Shown here one piece after another: positions 16,796 through 30,270 of a stretch of DNA of 64,000 nt. Source of the stretch: Guillardia theta CCMP2712 (Eukaryota > Protista > Cryptophyta); contig NW_005434640.1 in the NCBI RefSeq assembly GCF_000315625.1, positions 256,270 to 320,269 on the forward strand. Reading direction: 5' to 3'. A model generated the notes under the pieces. That model searched no databases and was not told the origin of the DNA. It saw only the letters and a list, made by a program, of their open reading frames with translations. Every line of letters begins with the position of its first letter. The stretch's first letter is position 1. The translations under genes were made by a program, and so were the position numbers.

Positions 16796-18220
16796 TTCCG
16801 CCCCCCTCCCTCCTGGCGCACCAATCATCACACTCTTCTAAAATCCTTTCCTCCTTTCTCACCTCGCCGTCTTCCTCGTGGGCCGAAAGTTTTGCAGGCT
16901 CCTGCATTCTGTCCTCTGCATTTTCGATCTCCCCATCGCTCTGCCTGCTCTCTCCCTCCACAACTTTTGCCATTAGCGCGTTCAGCTCGTCCAGGTTGTT
17001 CCGCAAGTCCTCCTTGCAGCTATCGAAGTTCCCTCCGTCCCAGCTGTCATCATCAATCTTCCCGACTTGCTCGCCTTCATCTTCCTCGTTGTCTTCGCCT
17101 CCCTTGCGTCGTAGTGTAGAATTACCTTGGATGGTCCTGTATGCCAGTCAGGTGAAACAATCCTCTGTCATATCAGATTGCAGACCCGAAGGCTTGAGGG
17201 GTCCGTTTGATGCTGCACGAGCATTCAAGTTCAGAACATACTCCTCCATTCTCCTCCTGCCCTCTCTCCTCTCGCCTTCCTCCTGCCTTGTCCTCCCTCC
17301 CCTCCCTGTCCTCCCTCCCATTTTCTTCTTTCCCCTCCTCCCTCCTCCGCGCCCCCCCCCCCCCCCCCCGCTCCCCAATCTGCCCAACTCACATTGCCTG
17401 CTCCACACGGAAGACATGGTCCACTAGGGGGTTGATCAGGTTCATCTGCTCGAACTCACACGTGAGATGTCGACAGGAGGAGACAAGAGAGAAAGTCACC
17501 TCTGATTGCAGTTGCAGGTTGTACTCGTTCATAACTCGCAGCATCTTCACCATCCCGTCCTTGCAGGCCTTCAGGTTCTCAACCTCGTCGTCGACCATCT
17601 GGTAGGAGGAGAGTTGGGAAGGAAGATGTTATCACCATCATAATTGTTTCCATCATCTCCATCATCATCATCTCAACCATCTTCATTTCTATCATCATCT
17701 CCATCATCGTCTCCATCATCATCATTATTGCTATCATCATTGCTATCATCATCATCATTGCTATCATCATTGCTATCATCATTGCTATCATTATCTCCAT
17801 CATCATTCGTCATCATCAACGAAACTTTCAATTTCGCTTTACGTTGAGCTTTCTGCCGAAATTCTGAAACATGAGTGCGTCTTCTTTCTGCCAGCTCTTC
17901 TGCTTCGTGTCAGAAGCCGAAAGGAGCTGGTAAACCAATCAGTAATCAGTCGGAGAAACGGGACGAGAAAGAAGGAAGATAGAAGGAGGAGGAGAGATGA
18001 AGAGGAGAAAGGAGGAGAGATGAAGAGGAGAAAAGGAGGGAGAAGGAGGGAGCGACAAGCGGAATTCACACTTCAGTCGTTTGAAACATCTTCAGTAGCA
18101 GCTTGTCTGTCTCTTTCTTGACATCTTTTGACTTGTCAAAGTTTTCTTTCTCTCTTTCCCTCAGTTGCGTCCTTCTCACTCTCTCCGACACCTACTTGAC
18201 AACTTCAATCAAACGACGAC

Positions 18221-18258
<38 letters not shown>

Positions 18259-18898
18259 CGACGACGACGACGACAAACAAAAACGACATCGTACAAACTC
18301 ACCCTCTCCATCAACCGCGCATGCAGTGTCGGATGAAAACTTGCTTCCTTCATCTTTTGAGAGGAGACCGACCTGTCAACTGCGTCAGAGCAGGAGCAAC
18401 TACATCTAACCTACTTCACCTGATCGCCTTCTTCCCCTCTGACTCGCCGATCGCCTCAGGTTTTGCAGTCCACAGACTCTTACTCGACAAGTTGAGCATC
18501 GTATCTCGGAAGGGCTTCGTCTGTCTTGCTGCCGCCCCCGTCGACGGAGCTGCTCTCGCATGCTGCCTGCTCTCCATGCTGAACACGACCTTGCTCGTTC
18601 GGCGATCATCCACATAGTCCCTCCCGTCCACCCCTCTCATCGCGTCCTCGATGAAGCACGCAGCTCGCTTGGTCCTCCTGATCTTCTCCCTCCCCCCTTC
18701 GCTCTCGCTCGGTCGATCCTTCCTATCTCTGATCGCCCTCCCGCTCCATGCCTGCACTGGCACGTACGTCTGAGGCACCGTCCTGCTCTTTCCCGCCGAC
18801 ATGGCAGCATAAACACTTCTCCTCTCCCCGCGCCCCTGCGACACTCGTTGCCATCCTAGCTTAATGCCCTCAGCTTGTCCTGGTACAGCCACAGCCAT
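16198..18898 (-). CDS. Hypothetical multi-exon coiled-coil/acidic protein
   Basis: Chain of minus-strand exon-like ORFs separated by microsatellite-filled introns. No domain recognised. Confidence 0.5.
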
Positions 18899-19295
18899 TC
18901 AGCCCAGCCTGAGTGTCTGACTCGAAGGACGTCAGTCCGATCGCATGCTTGAGGGATGAAGAACGATCATGCAGTCTGTCAAACTCTTCTCCTCCCTTCT
19001 TAAGGATCTCCTCCTTTCCCCTCGACTTTCAGTTCTCTCCTAAGACAATTGCCCTCTTTCCTCTCCTCTCCTCTCCAGGAGTCTGCTCTGCTCTGCTCTG
19101 CTCTCCAGGAGTCTGCTCTGCTCTGCTCTGCTCTGCTCTGCTCTGCTCTCCCCTTTTTCTATGCGATCGCATGCCAAGACTTTCAACGGCTGCATTTTCT
19201 TGCAAGTTTGACGTTTATGGTCTCCCATCATCACAGGTCACTCATTTGCATTGACCACATACCCACTATTACCCACCAGAGGCCACAAATACACA

Positions 19296-19945
19296 ATGCT
19301 AGCCGAGGCAGGAGGAGGAGGAGGATGGGCCGGCGCAGCCTTGCCTCTCCCATGCTTCTCACCATCGCCAGACTCTCTTCTTCCCTCCCTCCTCTCCTCA
19401 TCGGCGCAGGCAACAGGCCGGGGGATCTCTGCATGCAAGCCTTCGGCTCCGCTATGGCGTCAGAGTCGAGTGCGCGCCGTCAGCATGTCGTCGAGCTCGG
19501 GCAAGGAGGAGCTGGCAAGGAGACGCTTCCTGCTCAATACCTTCGCTCTTTCTGCACTTGTCTTCTTCAATGGGAGGCAGGACGCGGCTCGCGCTGACGA
19601 CAGCTCCACCATTATCTCTGGCGAGATAAGGTTGGAAGAAGGATCCGACAAGGTTTTTGAGAAGTACGGAGGAGCAGGGCAGCTCGTGCTGATCTCGAGG
19701 TGTGTTGGGAAAGGAATCATATCGAAGAAGTCTATCCCTGTAAAGCTCCAAGATTTTCCTGTAAGAAGATGTTCTATGGGAGGATGTGCGCTGATGTAGG
19801 GAAAAGGCGGCAGGCAAACCTAAGAAGGGCGATGAGTCGAAAGGTGAAGAGATGTGGCAATGTTGGATGTAAAGGAACTGATTTTCATGATGATGGTGAT
19901 GGTGGTGGTGGTGGTGACGATGATGATGATGATGACGACGACGAC

Positions 19946-19978
<33 letters not shown>

Positions 19979-20343
19979 GATGATGACGATGGTGGTGGTG
20001 GTGGTGGTGGTGGTGGTTGTGGTGGTGGTGGTAAGTGTGTGTGTGTGTGGAAATAATCCTCCTGTTGATGGAGACGACAACGATGATAATCCTTCTTGGA
20101 GGAGGAGGACGAGAAGAAAACCTCTCTGACTCACTGCTGGCCAGGATTTGCCTTCGAGATCAACAGTCAGGATCTCTTTGCGAAGACGGACAGGGGATAC
20201 ATAGTCTCTCCTACCCTGTACGTTGAAGTCCCTGAACTTGCGCAGCCATCCCCTCTGTGCCTTGTCCAGCGATCCGTTACCTTCCCCTCACCTTCCTTCT
20301 GATCCTGCTACTGATCCTTCCCTGTCCCCTTTGCGTCTTGCTG

Positions 20344-20377
<34 letters not shown>

Positions 20378-20727
20378 TGCTCCTGCTCCTGCTCCTGCTG
20401 CTGCTCCTGCTCCTGCTCCTGCTCCTGCCTCTGTTCTTGTAAATCTGATTGAAACCACCAGGTGGAGTGGTGACGACCTCTTCATTCGAGCTGAGCTGCA
20501 AGTGCAGGACAAGGACAAGCAGAAGACAATCCTGTGAGGAGGGAGGGGCACAGGGGGGGGGGGGAACGATGTGCGTGTGGCGTGGGCGACAATCTCATAG
20601 CTCCTCGTCGGATCCTCACTTGAAGAGTCTCTTCTCTGTCAGGACCTGCCGGAGAGAATCAAAACTTGTGCTATCGTCAGCTGCGCCATCACCAAACAGC
20701 ACTGAGGTGGTTCGAACGAGCCCAAGG
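19296..20727 (+). CDS. Putative thylakoid-lumen protein (twin-arginine signal); both ends uncertain
   Basis: Ser-rich transit-like region followed by ARRRFLLNTFALSALVFFNGRQDAARA|DDSS. Further exons at ~20145-20218, 20461-20533 and 20643-20727. Confidence 0.55.
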
Positions 20728-21382
20728 GTGACAAACGAGCCTTCCGGGCCACTCACAAGGGCCCCGACCTTGCGTCAGAGCATCACGTCTCCTGCAACTC
20801 TGCAAGCACGAGAGGGGNNNNNNNNNNNNNNNNNNNNNNNNNNNNNNNNNNNNNNNNNNNNNNNNNNNNNNNNNNNNNNNNNNNNNNNNNNNNNNNNNNN
20901 NNNNNNNNNNNNNNNNNNNNNNNNNNNNNNNNNNNNNNNNNNNNNNNNNNNNNNNNNNNNNNNNNNNNNNNNNNNNNNNNNNNNNNNNNNNNNNNNNNNN
21001 NNNNNNNNNNNNNNNNNNNNNNNNNNNNNNNNNNNNNNNNNNNNNNNNNNNNNNNNNNNNNNNNNNNNNNNNNNNNNNNNNNNNNNNNNNNNNNNNNNNN
21101 NNNNNNNNNNNNNNNNNNNNNNNNNNNNNNNNNNNNNNNNNNNNNNNNNNNNNNNNNNNNNNNNNNNNNNNNNNNNNNNNNNNNNNNNNNNNNNNNNNNN
21201 NNNNNNNNNNNNNNNNNNNNNNNNNNNNNNNNNNNNNNNNNNNNNNNNNNNNNNNNNNNNNNNNNNNNNNNNNNNNNNNNNNNNNNNNNNNNNNNNNNNN
21301 NNNNNNNNNNNNNNNNNNNNNNNNNNNNNNNNNNNNNNNNNNNNNNNNNNNNNNNNNNNNNNNNNNNNNNNNNNNNNNNNNA

Positions 21383-21605
21383 GATGTGCATGCTGGTGCA
21401 GGTCATTACAGAAGCTGCTTGTGTTGCGATTGTCTGGTTCATCTCCCTACATGAAGCTGCCTGCGATGTGCATAATGGTTCAACTCATTACCTGAAGCTG
21501 CTCGTGACGTGCATGCAGGTTCAGCTCATTGCATGTATCTGCTTGTGATGTGCAGGCTGGGTCAACTCATTACGAGATCCTGCTTGCGATGTGCAGGCCT
21601 GGTTT
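21383..21605. repeat. Degenerate ~41-bp tandem repeat, ~5.5 copies, abutting an N gap
   Basis: Units of 40-42 bp approximating GATGTGCATGCTGGTTCAACTCATTACATGAAGCTGCTTGC. Confidence 0.75.
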
Positions 21606-21764
21606 GCGAGCATGTCCCATGTTCAGGCAGCATCCATTCAGGCCAAGGTCCAAAGGCCTGAGGTTATGGACCTCAGACGGTCTCCCTCCTGCCGCATGCA
21701 ATTTGCGCTCAACATGTTCTGCGCAGGAATCAAATGAGAGTACTCCCTCGTTTTAGAATAGGGG

Positions 21765-23970
21765 CTAAAGACCCAGTCTGACAACCATCGCGGAAGCGAC
21801 CCCTGCACCCGAGGCGGAGGAGACGAGACGGGCGAAGGGGGAGAGGGAGAGGGGGAAGAGGAGGGGCAGGAAACGTCTTAAAAGCGGACGGGGAAAAATT
21901 GAAATCTTACGTGTATGACAGCAGAAGCTATCAGTTGGTCTTTCGGACTTCCTTCTCCTTGAACCATCACAACCTGCAGACACTGTATTCAGATCCCCCC
22001 TCCTCCTTCTCCTCTTGTACTGCCTCCCCTCCTCCTCCTCCTCTCACTCCCCTCCTTCCTCCCTCTCCTCTCCTCCCTCTCCCCCACATCCGCCTCCTCC
22101 TCCTCACTTGCAAGACTTGTTCTTTTTCGAGGCAACCAAACGACATCGCTGGCTCGCCTGACCAGCTGCATCCTCAGTCAGCAGCTAGAAGGGGTAAGGA
22201 GATTGAGGAGGAGGAGGAGGAGGAGGAGGAGGAGGAGGAGGAGGAGGAGGAGGAGGAGAGGAGGAAGACAAGGGAAAGAGTCGACCTCAGGATGGGTCCA
22301 GTGTTCCTGCATAAACCAGTCTTCCTGGCTCCTTTTTGGCCCGCGGATATGATGATGTAGAAGGAGGCGCTAGCAGCAGCAGCGTTCTGAGGAAGAGGAT
22401 CAGGCGGGAAAAGGAAGACGAACAGGAGGAGGAGGAGGAGGAGGAGGAGGAGGAGGAGGAGAAGGAGGATACAAGAGGGGAAAGGTGCAGGAGGGGATGG
22501 GTGTTGTTGGAACGACAGGGTCAATGTGGGAGAAGAAGAAATCGATCCCCCAACGACGAGGACGAGGAGGGAGGGACAGAAGTCAAGGGGGACCTTGTTG
22601 AACATGAAGTTGGAAGCGTTCTTGACAGAGATATCCAGCAAGAAGCTGCTGCTGCTGCTGCTGCTGCTGCTCTTTCCTTTGGTCTGTTCAGATTCTGCTC
22701 CTTTCTTCTTCCACCGAAACTCCATCACAACCTGCTAAGGGTGAGGTTGCCCGGCACTCTAAACTCCCTCCCAAAATCGTCTGCTCACCGACACTAACTT
22801 GCTCTTCACTGTTGATTGCTGCGAAGATACTCGTCATGGTATGGTAGTTCATATTGTTACAATTGAAACAACAACTACAATCATCATCCATGACAATCAC
22901 TACCACCACCACCACCACCATCTCCATCATCATCTACTCCATCATCAACATCAACATCAACATCATCAACAACAACCCCATCTACCTGATTTGGCGTTTG
23001 AACAGCAAACAACTGCACAGTCTCCACCATCCTGTACTCCTCTTCCTCCTCCTCCTCAATCTCCTTCATCCCGCGCTTGACAGGTGTTTCCCCCTCCTTC
23101 AGCATCTTCCCTCTCTCCATCCCCCTCTCCGTCAGCATCTCAGGCAGGGACCTCTCCGTGCACAGCGCAGAGCTCGCGTCCTCAGCCTCAATCTCTTGCT
23201 CCTCTTCCGCAACAGAGGACCAGAGCTTGCGCATCGTGATCAAGTAGCTGTCTGCGCTCCTCCCTTCTCCCTCCTCCCCGACTACCTGCTCCTCCACCTT
23301 GCTTAGAGCAAAGTCCGGGTCTCCCCAGGCCCTGCTGGGGCTCCACATGATGGGCAGGAGGGGGTCGATGCCCATGTGGTCCTTGAGGTGATGAGGGTCC
23401 GGCGGGGATGTGGGAGTCTGGAGGCTGCGATACTGATCACGACCCTGTCCTCCGTCATGGCTCCTCCCTCCCTCCTTCTGTTGTTCCTCTTTCTCCTCCT
23501 CCTCCTCCTCCTCCTCCTCCTCTTTCTCTTGCTCCTCCTTCTCTTGCTCCTCCTCGCGTCCTTGATCGTGCAACAGCTTCCCCACCCTTGCCAAGTCTGT
23601 CGCTGCATGGAGAGCCTCGTCGCTCTCACGGGGGATTCGGATATCCTCGCCTCCTGCTCGCTCATCGACGTGGTCAACAGTCGTGCGACGGTGGCGCTTG
23701 ACTTCACTCATGGATCCTCCTTGAGGAGTCTCATTGCCACGAGCTTGATCGCTGAAGTCCTGCTCCTGCTCCTGCTCCTGCTCTTCCTCCTGCTCTTCCT
23801 CCTGAACTGTCTCTTTCGAGATGTCAGTCTTGCCGTCATGATAGCCATCAGCAACATCGTCCTCGTCCTCCTTCTCTCTCTTTTCCTTGACTCCATTCAT
23901 CTTCACAGGTCCCTGCGCCGGCGACGATGCGACAAGGTCATTCCATAAGTCCTCGATGCTTGCATTTCCC

Positions 23971-24041
<71 letters not shown>

Positions 24042-25859
24042 TCGCTCCACATTTCCGTTGCTATTTCCTGCATCATCCTCTTCTCGTCTCCCTCGCTCCT
24101 CCCCCTCCTCCTCCTCCCCTTCCCCCATCATCCGCGGGATCACGTTCGTGTGCCTCTTAGGCTTCCACTTCTCCCCCCCTGTCTCCTCCTTCTGTTCAGC
24201 TGCCTCTTCCGGGTAGAATGTGCGGAACTGGTTGTTGTTCAGATCTATCCTCACATTCTTGCGCTGCTTCTCCTCAATCTCCCTTATCTGAGTCTCCACA
24301 GACGCACTTCTCCCTCCTCGCCCGAACAGGTTCAACACAGGGCTCGGCGTCTGCCCGAACTGCGTTTGGAAGGAAGCAGTGGAAGCAGTCGGAAGACTCG
24401 ACCAGCTACCTCCAACTCCGCGTCCTACTCCTGGCTCCCTGCCCTTCTCCTCCTCACTCCAGAGCCCGCTCGCCATCTCGAGCATGCTCTGCGGTCTGTC
24501 CGGCAGCTGCTGTTGGAGGGGCTGCGGAAAGAGCTTGTCCAGGAAGGCAGGACGAGGAAGGGAGGTATTCAGAGGGCTCGGCGTCTCGTGGCGAATGCGC
24601 AGGACCTCAGGAGAAAGACTCATCCTCTCGAACTCCGCCCGCATCTCCTTCACCGACTTCTTGCCTTGCTCCCACTTGCTTTCCTCCTGCATCAGCTGCT
24701 GCTGCTGCTGCTGCTGCTGCTCCTGCGTGTGAAGCACGTCAAACTTCTCTGAAGTGAAGCTGCGGTCCAAGCTGAAACTTTTCTTCGTCTCCTCCACTCG
24801 GCCTCGGTTGGCTTTGCCCAGGTCCTGGGCCTCTTGAGTATGGCGAGAGAAGTTTGACAGGACGAGGGAGTTTTCCTCCCATGGCAGCTTCGTCGGCGCC
24901 TCGTCCTCTGTTCGCTGGTCCTCTTCTTCATCGTCTGATGACATCGGCATTGCCTTGACTTCGATCTGCTTGTTGAGATGTAGCCTCAATGTCTCCGCCC
25001 GTTCGCCCTCCTTCCTCCTAGATTCTGCTTCCGTATCAACTTGTTCTCTCTCGCCTATATCTTGCTCTCGCTCTTGCTCTTGCTCTTGGCCTTGCACTTG
25101 CTCTGGCTCTGCCTGCTTCTCTTCTCTTTGGTGTTCTTCCTCTTGCAGATTCTCTTCCTCTTCCTCTTTATCGTTGCTTCCAAGTGCTCTTTCTCGCTCT
25201 TCCTCCTCCTCTACCTCTTGCTGATTGTTTATCTCGCCGACAGGCGAGGATTGATGCTGACTCAGCGACTCTGTAGTATAAGAAACCCAACCCTTCAGGC
25301 AGTCAGAACTGATCCTCCTCGACGAGGAGACGAGTAGATCGGCTCTTTCCCAGCTCTGCAAGCATGCAACTTGCCTCTCTCGCGAGGAGGACAATGCTTC
25401 ACACAGGCCCAAGAACGATCTCCTCAACACCCTGAGATTCAGTTTGATCAGAAGCTCCACGGACTTGTCGGCAAAATTCGTCCTTGTTGCGGTTTGTGGG
25501 CTCAAGACTGCCAGCAGCACATGAGCATGCTATCGGGCCCTGCCATCTCCTCCTCTCACCTCGGTCCAGCACTTTCATAGTCTCGCCGGGGATAGCTGGG
25601 TGGGGATAGCAGAGGATCGCATCATTCGCGTTGGCACGGTTTCAGCATGCGCGGCGACATCACATAGCCTCGGCATCCATTCCTTCGGTCAATCTTCTTG
25701 CTCTGAGCTCACCTGATGATCCTGTCATGAACCAAACAACATCCCGTCCATCTCAACTCTGACACTTGAAAGTCTTTAGTTCCTCTCAGCATGTGGTACT
25801 GTAGTTTTCGAATCTAACAGACGCCTGAACGACTGCCTGCTCCTCCCTTGCTCCATCAT
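21765..25859 (-). CDS. Large Glu/Gln-rich low-complexity hypothetical protein
   Basis: 878-codon ORF at 22884-25520 plus short flanking exons. Outer boundaries are approximate. Confidence 0.65.
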
Positions 25860-26606
25860 CGATCTTTCAATTCTCTTGGCGATCTTGGAAGTACCAGGAT
25901 CTCCTACTCTGCATTCTCATCCCTTCAGGTAAGATGTGTCTCATCGATTTCATTCTGATCTCTCCGCCTATCACCATGACTACGGGACCCGCACCAAAGT
26001 TCCTCCGTTCCCCACCTTCTTCCTTCTCCCCTCTGCGCTCACCATGACGTGTCTACCACGACTTGAGACAACCTCGCCGCTCCTCCGCTCCTCTCCTCCT
26101 CGCTTCTACTCCCGTCATATCAGTATCAACTTGACTTCATTTCCGCCCTCCCCACAGAACCCCCCACCCCTTCCTTGGGCCCCACCCACCCCAAGCCACC
26201 ATCCACCGACCCCTCAGGGGCGCCGGAACTGCCATAATCGCAACCTACCCACCCCCGGGAATGACCACCCCATATCCTCGTATTCATCACCCCCCTGACG
26301 ACCCTATGTTCACGGACATCATAGCCCATTTCAAGTACAACTTTTAATGTACCCAATCATATCCACCCATTTCCCACCCCACCCCTACACAACCCACCCA
26401 CGACCCTCCCAGTCTACAAGTCATTTCTCACGGGTGACTACACCACCCCTTGGTGCTTCGGCCCCCGCCGACGGTTACAACCGCCTGTTCAGTTGTGCCC
26501 AGGGATCACTGAGGCCGGGACCGGCGCTGGGCCGTCAGTGATGCATGCCCGGGGGGCCGGCCCGCCGGGCCGGGGGCGGGGGGCTTCCGATTCATCTGAT
26601 AGCTTC

Positions 26607-26766
26607 TTTACTCAAAGTTAAGTTAAATAGATAGCTAGTTAAACAGTCACCGGACGCGAGCCTATAGATCACTCGGATCTAACTAGTCACTTGAAGCCGC
26701 TGGACCGTCTGAAGGCCCCCGACAGCGAACGGGACTCGTGCTGATTTTAACTTAACTTTGAGTAAA
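26607..26766. repeat. Perfect 21-bp inverted repeat pair TTTACTCAAAGTTAAGTTAAA
   Basis: Arms at 26607-26627 and 26746-26766 (reverse complement). An identical third copy is at 9915-9935. Confidence 0.9.
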
Positions 26767-27313
26767 CGAGCATCTGGGCGTGTCACGGTCACCGGGGCCC
26801 GGGGGCTCACCGTGACCGCAGTCACGGCGGCGGCGGCCCGGCGTCGGACCGCCGGCGCCGGTCCGACGATCGGACGGCACTGCGGCACAAGCCGGCCCTC
26901 ACTGAGCGGCCGCGCCCACTGGCCGGAGGCCCGGCCCGGCGGCCGGTCACCGGGTTGTTGGGGAGGGGTCATAGCTCTTGATGGGGTACAACGGCACGGG
27001 GCGCAATGGACAGGAAAGGGATAGAGGGGAAGGGAGGGGGGGAGGGGGCGATGAGAGAAGAGGACGAGAGCTTGAGTAAGAGATAAAGTGAGGGGGAGGG
27101 GGGGAGGGGGGGAGGTCGTATATTTTGACCACAACTCCGTTGAGTACAATGTGAGTGGTAAATGCCCTCTCGGATGATTGTTCCTGCAGTTGACATAGCA
27201 GGATGAAAGCTATCCTCTTCGTTTGCCTCGTTTGCTGCTCGATCCAGGCCGCAGCCTCGGCTCATTTCGCACATATGATCCTCCAGGTGACCTCACCTGA
27301 TCAAATCTGAACA

Positions 27314-28200
27314 ATGATGCGAGCATGGTGCAGAAGCAGAGTCTCGGCACTCACAGCAAGGCATGCAGCTACGTCGCTCAATCCAGGTCTACCCTGCTTC
27401 ATCTCACTTGGACTGACTCTGTCTTGGGTAGAGGGCTGGCTTTCGTCGCTTCCGACAAGCAGGATGAAGGATCGAAGGTACGAGCACCTCACGACGAATA
27501 CACTGATGTCTGACCCTCTTCTTGCAGCTCTCAACGAGAGAGAAAGTCGAGAACTACCTGAAAGGTGCGAAGTCGATGCTGTTGACGATGCGTGAGTAGC
27601 TCATGACAGAGAGGGGGATATCTTGGATGGAGATACCCAAGGCTCTTGTTTTGTACGAGCTGACGTCTGCTGGGATCATGTACGGTCCCTCTCCCCAACA
27701 AGATGAGAGGATTGAAAATTCGCTCCTCCAGGATGGCGATCTGGGGGATTTGCTATGCATTCCAACCGATGCAGAGAGGGATCATGATGACAAAAGCGCT
27801 CAAGCCTGGAGCTTACGAGAAAGCGATTGTATTTCCTCCCTCCCTCTCCCTCCTCCTCCCTGCTGTGATCCTGACAACCCCGGTTCCCCCCATGCTCGCT
27901 CCCGTACATTTTCTTCGCCCTCGCGTCATTTTCCATCAATCTATTGAATGCATTGACGACAGGCGGCCGGCAAGAAGATAACAGGAAAAGAGCAGGCTGT
28001 ACGGTAAAGGAATGCAAGGCAACTATGACATGCTGAAGTCACATTCAGAGCGGTCACAGCCTATGCTGAAGGACTTTTGATCCGATCAGCTTTCAAGCCT
28101 TTGATCGTGAGTTTGGCAGTTGACAGACGAACTGGACCGCTAATCATGTCCTTCGTGATAGATTCCAGCCAAGCTGTTTCTTACGTGGAAGTTTCAACAA
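27314..28200 (+). CDS. Hypothetical membrane protein, possible mitochondrial leader
   Basis: Arg/Ser/Ala-rich start MMRAWCRSRVSALTARHAA. Hydrophobic exons ALVLYELTSAGIM|MAIWGICYAFQP and AYAEGLLIRSAFKPLI. Confidence 0.5.
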
Positions 28201-28518
28201 GCAGTGAACTACTTCACAAAGACGTGAGAAATCGAGGAGAAAGTAGATCGATGTTGATGCGCTTCATCGCAGATTGAAGAAAGATTCGACGCTGGTGAAG
28301 AAAGCTAGTTGACAGCATTGGAGCTGAAAACAGCCTTCTGCTCAAGGCTGAACGAAACAAACAGATCGTCCGTCTTCGTCGAAGATTTTGTCGAAACGAT
28401 CCCTCCTCATAGGAATTTCTTGACGAATTTACTTACCTGTACATGCCCTTGAATTGCTTTGTTCTAATCAACAAGACTCACAAGCGACTCCGTGAAATGC
28501 GCCAGCAGAAGAGTTTTC

Positions 28519-29167
28519 TCATGATAAGATCGCATCCTTCCTGTCAACTCCCATGACATTTGTTATGGAGATTGGAGGCCAGGCATGCTCGGAAAGAGGA
28601 AGAGAAGAAGAGCTCGATATCATCTCCTGGCCAATCCCCAAGGAATAGAGCCCGAGCTCAGGCTTCAAGCTCATGGTGATGGGGTTCGAGTCTGCCCGTT
28701 CACTGCCCAGCTGAAACGATCTCTCGTGCTCTATCGTTCGCTCCAGATCTTGTTCCGAACGGAACGCCTCCTGCACCATGCCGGGTACGTAGGGCTCAAC
28801 ACGACCATGCAGCTCCTTCCTGATGAACTCCTTCACGTTGCTCATGATCTCGCTGCTCTCTGTAGTTGTCGTCTCGTCGTGCGCTAAGGAGGGTTGCGCT
28901 GTCTGCATCCCAGGGTCGCGGTCGTCGTGTACCATGTAGCTTCCCTGAGTCTCGGAGAGGGAGGAGGCTGACAGAGAGAAGCCGTTGGTCATGCCCGATG
29001 AGGCGAGGGGATGGTTCCATGCTGACTTCGAGTTCATCCACGTTAACTGCGAGTCGTCGAGTCGTCGAGGGAGCAGGAAATCCTCGCTAGTGTTCCAACC
29101 TCTGTTCCTCAGGATCTGCGACAGGATCAATGCACGAACCAGCTTCCTTTCTTCCATAGTCCTAAAC

Positions 29168-29261
<94 letters not shown>

Positions 29262-29475
29262 TTACTTCCGTACCTTTGATTGCTTCACGTCCCTCTTCCA
29301 GTGCTGGAAGCAAGTCGAGAGGGTCTGACGACACGACTTGGAGTAGATAGTGTCTTCGCAAGCCTCCAACCTGACGTTTACTTGACTCAGAACTTGTCGA
29401 CACACGTCTGTAAGCTCACCTCAGCTGGTTGAGGTAGAAAGATCTCCACTGATTGAAGACTTTGATCTGCGCCAT
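28519..29475 (-). CDS. Hypothetical protein
   Basis: 294-codon ORF interrupted by a probable (GGAGCA)n intron, with an upstream exon MAQIKVFNQWRSFYLNQL. Confidence 0.5.
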
Positions 29476-29610
29476 CGAATCACAAGAATTCATCCCTCCT
29501 CCAGCCTCCCTCCCGCTTCCTTCCCTAGCTCCTTCGTTGCTCCATCGCTCTTCGCTCACTCTCTTCCTCGCTCCCTCTCTTCCTCCACCCTCTCCTTCCT
29601 CGCTTCTCCC

Positions 29611-30270
29611 TCATTCTCTGTGAAGGCTTACCCTCTTCAAGTGCTTGCAGCCGAACAACTCTTGCGAGCTGCATAACTCCCACGTCTCCTTCTTCTCCAT
29701 CTCCTCCTGCACTTGGCGGTAGAGGCGTATCAGGAGCGAATGCGCACGGTTGTGCATGGAGCGAAATCTGTTGCCCTGCTGCTGGTCAAACTGCCTGTAG
29801 TGAGAGTGAGACTCTGAGAGGATCCTCTTCCACTCCAGGAAGTCCTCCAGGGAGTCTTGCAGGTGCGAGAACGAGAGCGACATGCCGGCCAGCACGTTCG
29901 CCGCGCGATCATCGTCCACGAGCTCGGAGAAGTGAAGGCCAGCTGTGAAGCGCAAGTTGTCGTATCCCCTGGACAGGTCGACCTGGTTGCTCGTCTCCGT
30001 CGTCCTCTTGAGCAGGTCGTAGGCAGCGTCTCTCTCGCGCTCGAGCAGCGCGACCCTCCCTTCCAGGCTGAGGATGAGGTTGTTGAAGGGAACCAGCTCT
30101 CCCTCGACGAAGTCTATGGCCTTAGAGCAAAGCTCTCGTCTCAGACGCACCTGCTGCCCTCGAGCAATGTCGTCGGCGTCCAGCATGCGGCTAGTCTTCA
30201 TCGCATCCTCGAGATGTTGCTTGCGCCCTCACACACACTCTGCAGGAATCGTGAGAGAATGCTCAAAAGT
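29611..30270 (-). CDS. Hypothetical helical protein (3' exon; 5' exons unresolved)
   Basis: About 200 codons of normal complexity, preceded by (GATGA)n-filled intron-like sequence. Confidence 0.5.

Noticed and set aside
28670-28710. tRNA suggested by GGTTCGAGTC
   Set aside because: It lies within a coding exon and no cloverleaf could be built. The same failure applies to GGTTCGAC near 12616.
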